Below, in pieces: positions 8,943 to 16,589 of a DNA stretch of 17,400 nt. The position numbers and the translations under genes were made by a program. How positions within the stretch are numbered: position 1 is the stretch's first letter; each line of letters opens with the position of its first letter. This DNA is from Promethearchaeota archaeon (GTDB taxonomy: Archaea; Asgardarchaeota; Lokiarchaeia; Sigyniarchaeales; SOKP01), in the NCBI GenBank assembly GCA_048938855.1, contig JBHLLT010000043.1, positions 1-17,400 of the forward strand. Direction: 5' to 3'. The notes below the pieces were generated by a model. The model searched no databases. It was not told the origin of the DNA and saw only the letters and a list, made by a program, of their open reading frames with translations.

Positions 8943-9690
8943 AGTGGCTATAATATCTTTAACTTCTTGTAGTGGTTGTATCTCTTCACTTATCTCATTA
9001 GATATTTTTCCACAATTCCTTGAGAGAACAAAAATAGACTATTTTCAATTTATAAGCGATATGAAAGATATTGAAGATTGTGATATTTGTTTAGTAGAAG
9101 GTTGTATTTCTGAAGAAAATCAAATAGCTATGCTTAGGAAAATTCGAACTCAAGTAAAGAAGGTATATGCATTAGGAACTTGTGCTTGTTTCGGAGGGAT
9201 TTTAAGTTTATCCGATGCAAAAACAACTCAACAAATTTCAAGTTTTATTGAAATTGATGGTATGATTCCTGGTTGTCCACCGCCTATAAAACTTTTTGGA
9301 AATTGTTTAATTCGGTTAGTTGAAAATAAAGAATTAGAATTATCTGAAAAAAATATGTGTGGTACGTGTCCATTAAAGGGAAATATGAAAATAAATTCAA
9401 ATATAAAAATCTCAAAACTTACTCCAAACCCAGATGAAATAAAAATTGAAGAAGAAAATACAGAATGTTTTTTAGAAAATGGAATTTTATGTCTCGGAGC
9501 TATAACAAGAGATGGATGTGAACATAAATGTATTAAGATGGGGCTTCCTTGTGAAGGATGTATGGGCCCTGTATCAAAAGATTATACTTCTAATGTCATT
9601 AACTATTTGAGTTTGATTAATTTATCTAAAGAAATCAAAGATTACGCTGGAATATTTTATCGATTTTCAAAACCAAAATTGGAGGGATGA
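8932..9690 (+). CDS. Group 3 [NiFe]-hydrogenase small subunit (MvhG/HydD-like)
   Basis: SCSGC, EG, GTCACFGG and PGCPP motifs; C-terminal CGTCP...CFL...CLG...RDGC...C...PCEGCMGP. Likely TTG start at 8932 (GGAGGT SD at 8921-8926), overlapping the upstream stop. Confidence 0.88.
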   Translation: MKRKVAIISLTSCSGCISSLISLDIFPQFLERTKIDYFQFISDMKDIEDCDICLVEGCISEENQIAMLRKIRTQVKKVYALGTCACFGGILSLSDAKTTQQISSFIEIDGMIPGCPPPIKLFGNCLIRLVENKELELSEKNMCGTCPLKGNMKINSNIKISKLTPNPDEIKIEEENTECFLENGILCLGAITRDGCEHKCIKMGLPCEGCMGPVSKDYTSNVINYLSLINLSKEIKDYAGIFYRFSKPKLEG

Positions 9691-9693
9691 AGG

Positions 9694-10998
9694 ATGTTAA
9701 AAGTCATTGATGTTTGTAAACGAATTGAAGGTCATGGTGACATAAAAATATTACTTCAAAACGATGAAATATCATTAGTAAATTTTGAATTTGAGGTTTA
9801 TAGAGGTTTTGAAAACTTTTTAGTAGGAAAAGCTTTATTTGATATTCCAAAAATAGTCTCTCGTATATGTGGATTATGTTATACGTCTCAAGCAATCACT
9901 AGTTGTAAGGCAATTGAAGATATATATGAGATCAGGGTATCAACGCAAACAAAACTCTTGAGATGTATTTTAATGAATGCGGAAATGATCAAATCCCATT
10001 CTATGAGTTTCTTTTTCCAAACCCTCCCAGACTTATTAAATATATTTAATATTACTCATAAAACCACCAACCCTTATGATTTAATTAATTATGATCCTAA
10101 ACTAACCACAAATATTTATGAATTAATTAAAATTGGCAATGAAATAAATAATTTATTTGGGAGCAGATCCGTTCATCTAATTTCCGTTATTCCTGGAGCA
10201 GTTATTTATTCCCCTTCCAAAAAGAACATTTCAATAGCTAAGAAAAAATTTCAAAGTGCTTTATTCAATTTAGAATGGATTATCGAAAAATTTATTGAAT
10301 TATTTTCTCATCAAACTCCTCCAAGCGAATTTTCTACTCCAAATCTTATTTATCTCGGTCTCACTAAATTTGGAAATTACAGTCGATATTCTGGGAAGTT
10401 ATCAATCAAAGAAAATAATAAAAATATGATAGAATTTGAAAAACATAATTATTCTTCATATTTTGAAAAAGAACCAGATTTACGAGGAATTGACTTTCAT
10501 TTTGATAATAAAAGTAATGTGATTGTTGGCCCTATTAGTCGCTACAAGATTAATGAAAATTATGGTATCGACGAAATTCAAACTTATCTTGATTATTTCG
10601 ATAAATCATGGAAAAATAATATACTTTTTGCGAATTTTATTAGGTTATTAGAAATGTATATGGAAAGTTTCCAAAGCATACAATCTCTAGACCATCCTGA
10701 TTTAACCATTAAACAAAATGCTCCATCTCTTAATACAGTAAAAAATGTTGAGGGAATTGGCGTTATTGAAGCACCTAGAGGTACACTTGTACATCATTAT
10801 CACCTAAATAATCATAATTCTATTGATCGTATAAAATTGTTTGTTGCTACCGAGTTCAATATTCCATTGATAAATACCATGATTACAAATTCTGCTAAAG
10901 GATTATTTGAAAAGACTGGAGATATTAATTTAGTTAAGAATAATGTCCAGAAAATAATTAGAGCTTTTGATCCCTGTATCTCTTGTGCAACACATTAA
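9694..10998 (+). CDS. Group 3 [NiFe]-hydrogenase large subunit (MvhA/HydA-like) lacking a C-terminal extension
   Basis: RIEGHG, RGFENFLVGK, RICGLC (L1), EAPRGTLVHHY, RAFDPCISCATH* (L2). Confidence 0.92.
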   Translation: MLKVIDVCKRIEGHGDIKILLQNDEISLVNFEFEVYRGFENFLVGKALFDIPKIVSRICGLCYTSQAITSCKAIEDIYEIRVSTQTKLLRCILMNAEMIKSHSMSFFFQTLPDLLNIFNITHKTTNPYDLINYDPKLTTNIYELIKIGNEINNLFGSRSVHLISVIPGAVIYSPSKKNISIAKKKFQSALFNLEWIIEKFIELFSHQTPPSEFSTPNLIYLGLTKFGNYSRYSGKLSIKENNKNMIEFEKHNYSSYFEKEPDLRGIDFHFDNKSNVIVGPISRYKINENYGIDEIQTYLDYFDKSWKNNILFANFIRLLEMYMESFQSIQSLDHPDLTIKQNAPSLNTVKNVEGIGVIEAPRGTLVHHYHLNNHNSIDRIKLFVATEFNIPLINTMITNSAKGLFEKTGDINLVKNNVQKIIRAFDPCISCATH

Positions 10999-11086
10999 AT
11001 AAGGAATTTATATAGGCATTGAATTAACACTATTTTTTAGCTGATATTTTGGTAAAAAATTAAAAAAAGAAATAAGAATTAGAAAA

Positions 11087-11278
11087 CTATTTTTTTAATT
11101 TTAGAAAACAATCTTCACAAAAAAAAATCCTTCTTAATTTAGAGCTATCCCAAACCATGTGACCTGATTTTTGCTTTGTCTCGCAACCCCAGCACATTTT
11201 ATAAAGGTTAGTATCAACAAAATATTCATCAGTTATATTAAAATTATCATCTTTTATTATTTCCCTATAACTTTTCAT
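11087..11278 (-). CDS. Small hypothetical protein with CxxC...CxxC (putative zinc finger)
   Basis: 63 aa, ATG start, CWGC and CEDC pairs; fills an otherwise empty intergenic gap. Confidence 0.55.
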   Translation of the reverse strand: MKSYREIIKDDNFNITDEYFVDTNLYKMCWGCETKQKSGHMVWDSSKLRRIFFCEDCFLKLKK

Positions 11279-11366
11279 TTTTAAAACAACATATTCATCT
11301 TTTTTGAATAAACATCCATTATTAAAGGATTGTTTAATAAATATTTATATATGAATTTAAGGATTC

Positions 11367-11380
11367 TGAATAAATATTCA
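11367..11380. promoter_or_regulatory. Palindromic operator TGAATA-N2-TATTCA (copy 1)
   Basis: TGAATAAATATTCA upstream of the NifX-family gene at 11448; same motif at 13420 and 16444. Confidence 0.6.
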
Positions 11381-11447
11381 CAAATTATAAATAATAAGAT
11401 TTTTTTATTAACATAATAATTAAATATCTATAACTATTGTGTATAGC

Positions 11448-11828
11448 ATGACTAGAATAGTTGGAATACCATCCGATGGAACTGAATTATCAGACAATAT
11501 ATCACCCCATTTGGGGCATTGCAGATATTTCATCGGGATTGAAATCCATGAGAATAATAATTTTAAAAAAGCTTTTACCTTACCTAATAACGGTCATACG
11601 GGATGTATAGAACCCGTTATTAACATGAAACAACGAAGAGTCACTGATATGATTCTAACGGGTATAGGTATGAGACCACTTATGGGTTTTCAACAAGTTA
11701 ATATAAATTTATATCAAGGTTTAAATGCAAGCATTGAAGAAAATATTAGAATGTTGATTTATGGGAAATTGAGGCTAATGAGTAATGCTAGTTGCAGAAA
11801 TCACTCTAATCATGCTCACACTAATTAA
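11448..11828 (+). CDS. NifB/NifX (dinitrogenase FeMo-cofactor-binding/ORP) family protein
   Basis: VGIPSDG...ISPHLGHCRYF...LPN...GIGMRP family pattern; ATG at 11448 preferred over GTG at 11439; Cys/His-rich tail. Confidence 0.8.
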   Translation: MTRIVGIPSDGTELSDNISPHLGHCRYFIGIEIHENNNFKKAFTLPNNGHTGCIEPVINMKQRRVTDMILTGIGMRPLMGFQQVNINLYQGLNASIEENIRMLIYGKLRLMSNASCRNHSNHAHTN

Positions 11829-11868
11829 AATAACATAAAAAAATTAAAATTATGTAAGATGAAATAAA

Positions 11869-12378
11869 ATGCCAAGTTTTAAAGAAACATATGAAGCCAT
11901 AAAGGTAGATTGGAATGCTGGGGAAAAAAATTTTAATATAGAATGTGAAATGCTTCCCAAAGGTATGCAGGTTAAATGTTCTATGGGAAATCCAGGCGGA
12001 GATCCATTTGAGTTGCTTATTGACGCTCCTGGAGGATTAGATGGGACAAATCAAGGACCATCACCATTATTAGTAATTTTATCGTCTATTGGGGCTTGCA
12101 TTATTGCAGTGACTAAATTTTGGGCTAAAATCATGGACATTAAAATCGAAGAGCTGAAAGTTTTCTCACGAGGACACATTAATTTAGGAGCTATTTTTGG
12201 AATTGATGATTCTAAATTAGCAGGTTATGATAAATTAGAACCTGTTATAAGAATTAAAGCAGACGCTTCAGAAGAAAAAATTAATGAGTTAATGGATAAA
12301 GTATTCAATCATTGCCCTGTTATTACTAATTTTGGTGGAGCCTCTAAAATAAATCCAAAAGTACAAATTCGAAAATGA
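11869..12378 (+). CDS. OsmC/Ohr-like family protein
   Basis: IDAPGGLDGTNQGPSP...SIGAC...HCPV, with the two conserved Cys. Confidence 0.82.
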   Translation: MPSFKETYEAIKVDWNAGEKNFNIECEMLPKGMQVKCSMGNPGGDPFELLIDAPGGLDGTNQGPSPLLVILSSIGACIIAVTKFWAKIMDIKIEELKVFSRGHINLGAIFGIDDSKLAGYDKLEPVIRIKADASEEKINELMDKVFNHCPVITNFGGASKINPKVQIRK

Positions 12379-12390
12379 ATAATCTTCAAA

Positions 12391-12406
12391 TTTTTTCTTT
12401 TTTTTT
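12391..12406 (+). terminator. Oligo-T tract, possible archaeal intrinsic terminator
   Basis: TTTTTTCTTTTTTTTT shortly after the OsmC-family stop codon. Confidence 0.35.
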
Positions 12407-12454
12407 ATATCTATGAGATTGATTTCTGTTAATTTATGATTATTCTAATAAATT

Positions 12455-12883
12455 ATGTCAGATAATGAAAAATTATTTCCTATAAGCGTAAATCCAAATT
12501 TTTGTGTTCTTTGTCAACGATGTATGAATAGTTGTCATAGCAAAGCTATTTTCTTTAAAAATTCACTTAGATATGTGAATTATGATAAGTGCCAAGGATG
12601 CTTGAAATGTGTTGATGTCTGTGAACATGGTGCAATTGAAGTTATCTCAATCAAGGAAGGAAAATTAGATGGTTTCATAATTAATCAAGATAATTGCAAT
12701 CTATGCAAAACATGTTTACAAGAGGATTTTTGCTTTCAAAATTTGTTTGCATTGAGAAAAAATCAAGAAACTAATCGAGAATGGATTGAATTTCAGAAAA
12801 AAAATCTAAATAACTGCTTTAAATGCTTAAAATGTTTTAAAAATTGCCCAAATAATGCAATTATTCCTGTAATTACGATTTAA
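12455..12883 (+). CDS. Polyferredoxin (about 4 x [4Fe-4S])
   Basis: CVLCQRCMNSC, CQGCLKCVDVC, CNLCKTCLQEDFC (extended spacing), CFKCLKCFKNCP. Confidence 0.85.
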   Translation: MSDNEKLFPISVNPNFCVLCQRCMNSCHSKAIFFKNSLRYVNYDKCQGCLKCVDVCEHGAIEVISIKEGKLDGFIINQDNCNLCKTCLQEDFCFQNLFALRKNQETNREWIEFQKKNLNNCFKCLKCFKNCPNNAIIPVITI

Positions 12884-12940
12884 GCCCTATTTAAAATTTT
12901 AAATGAACAGGGATGATATTAAAGTTGAATTTGAATATAT

Positions 12941-13348
12941 CTACTGATGAATGTGATGGTGTTCACGATCATCATCAGCTTCAGTATGAATTTTATCAAT
13001 ACCATATCCCTTACCTCCTCCTGGAGAGCAGAGACTTTCTCCTCCTTCTAGAGTTCCATCGATTATCTTTTTAATAACATCATCAATCTTACCACTAACA
13101 CCTATAATGACATCAATACCATATTCATTAAAAAAAGCTTCAGCTCTACGTCCCATACCTCCCGCTATCATCCACTTTGCTCCTTGTTGATTCACAAATT
13201 CTGGGATACTTCCTACTGTATGACCAGGATTTGGTAATACTTTTTTCTCAACAACTTTATTGTTTTCAATAGAAACAAATGTAAATTCTGGAGCACGACC
13301 AAAATGAGTAGAAACATTTCCTGAATCAGTACTAATAGCTACTTTCAA
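12941..13348 (-). CDS. NifB/NifX family protein with His-rich tail
   Basis: MKVAISTD...STHFGRAPEF...PNPGH...AGGMGRRA; TTG start; ends DDDREHHHIHQ. Confidence 0.85.
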   Translation of the reverse strand: MKVAISTDSGNVSTHFGRAPEFTFVSIENNKVVEKKVLPNPGHTVGSIPEFVNQQGAKWMIAGGMGRRAEAFFNEYGIDVIIGVSGKIDDVIKKIIDGTLEGGESLCSPGGGKGYGIDKIHTEADDDREHHHIHQ

Positions 13349-13416
13349 TATTATATCATCTCTATATTTGCAAAATGACTATTTTAATTAATTTAGTTTT
13401 GAATAATATTTAATAT

Positions 13417-13436
13417 TTATGAATATTTATTCATAA
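13417..13436. promoter_or_regulatory. Palindromic operator TGAATA-N2-TATTCA (copy 2, extended)
   Basis: TTATGAATA-TT-TATTCATAA in the divergent NifX/DUF134 intergenic region. Confidence 0.65.
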
Positions 13437-13578
13437 TATGTCTGTACTATAATGTCTCATTTAACCTTATTATTCGTTAAAATATGAGAATAACTTATAA
13501 TAATCAACGATAAATATTTATTAATAATTTTGAATATTAAATCAATTGGTAATTTTCTAAAAATTAAGCCGGTGATTT

Positions 13579-14001
13579 TTGATAGGTAGAAGAAGACATC
13601 GTCGTTGGGTTAATCAACCACCTAATAACTTATATTTTACTCAAGAACCTCCAAAACCAGAAGATGCAATAATATTAACTATTGCTGAATTTGAAGCAAT
13701 GCGATTAAAGCACTTTCTAGGCTTAAACCAGAAAGAAGCGGCTGAAAGAATGGGTGTCAGCCAGCCAACATTTTCTAGGATTCTTGAGAATGCTCATCAA
13801 AAAAATACTATAGCATTGCTTGAAGGAAAAGAAATTAAAGTCTATGGTGGGAATTTTGAACATAAACCTAGCTTTAAAGGATATGGATGTCTTAATTGTA
13901 ATTATGAGTGGGAGGATCCAGAAGCTAAGAAGGATCAAAAAGTAAGTTGTGTAAAATGTAATTCAAAGAATGTTTATTATATTATTAGAGAACTAATTTA
14001 A
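13579..14001 (+). CDS. DUF134 family predicted DNA-binding protein with C-terminal Zn ribbon
   Basis: GRRRHRR...EFEAMRLKHFLGLNQKEAAERMGVSQPTFSRILENAHQK...ALLEGKEI; CLNC...CVKC; GGTGA SD before TTG. Confidence 0.88.
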   Translation: MIGRRRHRRWVNQPPNNLYFTQEPPKPEDAIILTIAEFEAMRLKHFLGLNQKEAAERMGVSQPTFSRILENAHQKNTIALLEGKEIKVYGGNFEHKPSFKGYGCLNCNYEWEDPEAKKDQKVSCVKCNSKNVYYIIRELI

Positions 14002-14043
14002 TTTCTATTTTTGTAAAAATTAACATAAAGTATGAGAATTAGA

Positions 14044-14970
14044 TTATTGGATATCATTCCATAAAGTAGATTTTAGGTTTATATAAATTTCTTTAATAAA
14101 TCTACTTGCATTTGAATCTGGGGCATAATCTGTTACAGGTTCAGCATATGACATCGCTTTTGGTATCGATAGATCAAAAGGAATGTCTCCTAATTTCATA
14201 TATCCTGTTTCGGCTATAAATTTCTTAAATTTCTCTTGAAATGGACTTTTTAAATCAGATTTATTAATAATTAAGCCAAAAGGAATTCCAAAATGTTCTA
14301 TGACCTCAATAATTCGCACTAAATCATGTAATCCCGAAGGTGTAGGTTCAGAAATTGTTATAACATAATCTAAATTTGAAATAGTAGCAATTACAGGGCA
14401 TCCTATGCCAGGAGGGCCATCAATTAATATTAAATTACTCTGATTATCCTCTGAATAGTTTATATATTCCTTAACATCTGATACTAACTTACCAGATGTC
14501 GTACTTCCTAATTGGGTTATACCATAAATCAATGGAATTCCTATTTTACTATTATATGATATGATTTCTCCACTTTTAACTGGATAAATTTCAAAAGAGT
14601 GCTCCGGACATAAAGCTTTACAAGCACCACAGCCTTCACATTTTAAAATATCAATAATAGGAATTGATTTTTCCCAATCCCATTTAAGTGCATTAAATTC
14701 ACAAAAATGATTTTCAATACACTGCTTACAACTTATACATTTATTTTCTAGTAATTCTGCTTTTCTTGTAGTATATGTATCTTCTTTTTTAATAGTAGAA
14801 TTTTCGTCAGGAGGAAGAATAATTGCTAGATTTGGAGCATCTACATCACAATCCATAACAGTTACATTTATATCTGGATCTTTTTTTGCCAAACTAGCCA
14901 AAGATGCAGTTATTGAAGTCTTACCCACACCTCCTTTACCAGAAACTATTCCTACTATTTTTCTTTTCAT
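14044..14970 (-). CDS. MinD/ParA-family P-loop ATPase with inserted ferredoxin domain (COG1149-like)
   Basis: SGKGGVGKT, DCDVDAPN, CISCKQC/CEGCGACKALCP, SGKLV, DGPPGIGCP, EPTPSGLHDL, NKSD; ATG 14970 with GAGTGA SD. Confidence 0.88.
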   Translation of the reverse strand: MKRKIVGIVSGKGGVGKTSITASLASLAKKDPDINVTVMDCDVDAPNLAIILPPDENSTIKKEDTYTTRKAELLENKCISCKQCIENHFCEFNALKWDWEKSIPIIDILKCEGCGACKALCPEHSFEIYPVKSGEIISYNSKIGIPLIYGITQLGSTTSGKLVSDVKEYINYSEDNQSNLILIDGPPGIGCPVIATISNLDYVITISEPTPSGLHDLVRIIEVIEHFGIPFGLIINKSDLKSPFQEKFKKFIAETGYMKLGDIPFDLSIPKAMSYAEPVTDYAPDSNASRFIKEIYINLKSTLWNDIQ

Positions 14971-14993
14971 TTTCACTCAACTATCAAAAAAGA

Positions 14994-15914
14994 TTAATTG
15001 TTTCCGATCCATTTTTTCAATTTGTTATAAATTTTAGTAAAAGCGATATATCCAGGACCTTCTCTGCTAAACTTACTATTCTTGTCCATAATTGGGATTC
15101 CTTGACAATAAGATTCTACAATATCAGAATCTAGTGGAATATCCCCTAAAATCATAATACTTTCTTCCTTTAATTCATTTAAAAATTGTTCTTTAAATCC
15201 CAATAATGACGATCTGTTTAATACTATTCGAGATTCTTTGCCAAGAAGTTTAATTAAATCCATTATTCTAATTAAATCTAGTTTTCCAAATCTTGTTGGT
15301 TCAGTTATAGGAATTACTACATCTGCCATAGCAATTAATAGTTCAACATCACAATGAGCTCCAGGAGCAGTATCTAAAATTATTGTATCAAATTGCCTAG
15401 GATTATTTTCGAGAACATTTTCAAGTTTTTCAAGAAGAGCTTCAACAATTGTAGCGGAATGTGCTTCAGATGGTTTTAATTCACCCAAATAAAGAGTAAG
15501 ACCGTTTATATTAGTGGAATAGGTCCATCCTATTGTTTTAGTATCTTCGTGAATTGCATTTTCTGGACATATTTTATAGCATAATTTACATCCAGAGCAG
15601 ACCGTAAGAATTGGAATAGGATAGCAGCTATTTACATATAATAAAGCATGTGATAAACAATTTTCAGCGCATAATCCACATTTAGAACATTTGCTCTCAA
15701 CAATTTTGGGCTTAAAAAAAGGGACCTCTACTTGATTTTCAAGACTTCCATTTAATAATAAATAAGTATTAGGATTCTCCACATCACCATCTATGAGAAG
15801 AACCTTATTTCCTTCATCTCTGAACATGACAGCAAAATTTACTGCACATAAAGTCTTACCTGTCCCGCCTTTTCCTCCTGTTATACATATAATTTTTGGC
15901 CTACTTTTACTCAT
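14994..15914 (-). CDS. MinD/ParA-family P-loop ATPase with inserted ferredoxin domain (COG1149-like), second paralog
   Basis: GGKGGTGKT, DGDVENPN, CSKCGLCAENC/CSGCKLCYKICP, DTAPGAHC, EPTRFGKLDL. Confidence 0.88.
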   Translation of the reverse strand: MSKSRPKIICITGGKGGTGKTLCAVNFAVMFRDEGNKVLLIDGDVENPNTYLLLNGSLENQVEVPFFKPKIVESKCSKCGLCAENCLSHALLYVNSCYPIPILTVCSGCKLCYKICPENAIHEDTKTIGWTYSTNINGLTLYLGELKPSEAHSATIVEALLEKLENVLENNPRQFDTIILDTAPGAHCDVELLIAMADVVIPITEPTRFGKLDLIRIMDLIKLLGKESRIVLNRSSLLGFKEQFLNELKEESIMILGDIPLDSDIVESYCQGIPIMDKNSKFSREGPGYIAFTKIYNKLKKWIGNN

Positions 15915-15948
15915 AAGTAAATCTTATCGAATTTTCTTTTCTACATTG

Positions 15949-16392
15949 TTATGGTCGATCTCCGCTTCCCATTCTTCGTCCACCACCTCCCATTCCCCTT
16001 CTTCCTCCGCCCATTCCATGATGTGAGGTAACATTTGAAGTAGTGATTATCTCTAATTTTCCTTCTAAATAGAGATTCATAACTTCTTTTATTGTTATTG
16101 ATTGATTAGGAGCTTGATAGATTTTTAATTTTAAAGCATTTAAACCTTCAGCAGCATTAGGACCCAAAAAGCCAACTATTATAGCATCCGCATTATTACT
16201 GCCAACTACTTGAGAAGCTTGTACACCAGCACCTCCCATTGCATTTACTGCTGGATTTGGAACTGCTTTTACGGCTTTTATCTTCTCTGCCTCAACTTCA
16301 ACAAATGTAAAGCTTGTACATCTTCCAAAACGAGGACTCATTTGATCATTTAAGCCCCCATTACCCATTGAAGGAATTGCAATAATACTCAT
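15949..16392 (-). CDS. NifB/NifX family (orange-protein-like) protein with Gly/Arg/Met-rich tail
   Basis: IAIPS...SPRFGRCTSF...NPAVNAMGGAGVQA...GPNA; tail HHGMGGGRRGMGGGGRRMG; AGGATGAG SD. Confidence 0.87.
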   Translation of the reverse strand: MSIIAIPSMGNGGLNDQMSPRFGRCTSFTFVEVEAEKIKAVKAVPNPAVNAMGGAGVQASQVVGSNNADAIIVGFLGPNAAEGLNALKLKIYQAPNQSITIKEVMNLYLEGKLEIITTSNVTSHHGMGGGRRGMGGGGRRMGSGDRP

Positions 16393-16440
16393 ATTGTTCT
16401 CATCCTTTTTTTTTAATTGTTATTTCATAATCTTTATTAT

Positions 16441-16460
16441 TTATGAATAATTATTCATTA
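16441..16460. promoter_or_regulatory. Palindromic operator TGAATA-N2-TATTCA (copy 3)
   Basis: TTATGAATA-AT-TATTCATTA (perfect palindrome 16443-16458) between the divergent NifX and Mrp genes. Confidence 0.65.
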
Positions 16461-16589
16461 TATATATTGTAAAAATTTAAAAATATATAAATTTAACCAT
16501 TAAATTCTAAGCGGTGCAACAATATTCAAGAAAAAGAAATTCCAGACATCGATTTAAAGAAGACCATTGAGCAAGGAAAAAAAGAACAA

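Noticed and set aside
9688-9696. Small-subunit TGA is in frame with the large-subunit ATG (TGA AGG ATG), so readthrough would fuse them
   Set aside because: The position is not a conserved Cys, and GGAGGGATGA is a good SD for the large subunit; ordinary translational coupling explains it.
1685-16026. Short overlapping ORFs (1685, 1762, 2228, 4549, 7247, 8530, 8633, 9704, 13723, 14904, 15793)
   Set aside because: Shadow or alternate-frame ORFs overlapping well-supported genes, without motifs.
11448-16392. Nitrogen fixation inferred from NifB/NifX and ATPase genes
   Set aside because: No nifH/D/K in the window; these families occur widely in non-diazotrophic orp-type clusters.
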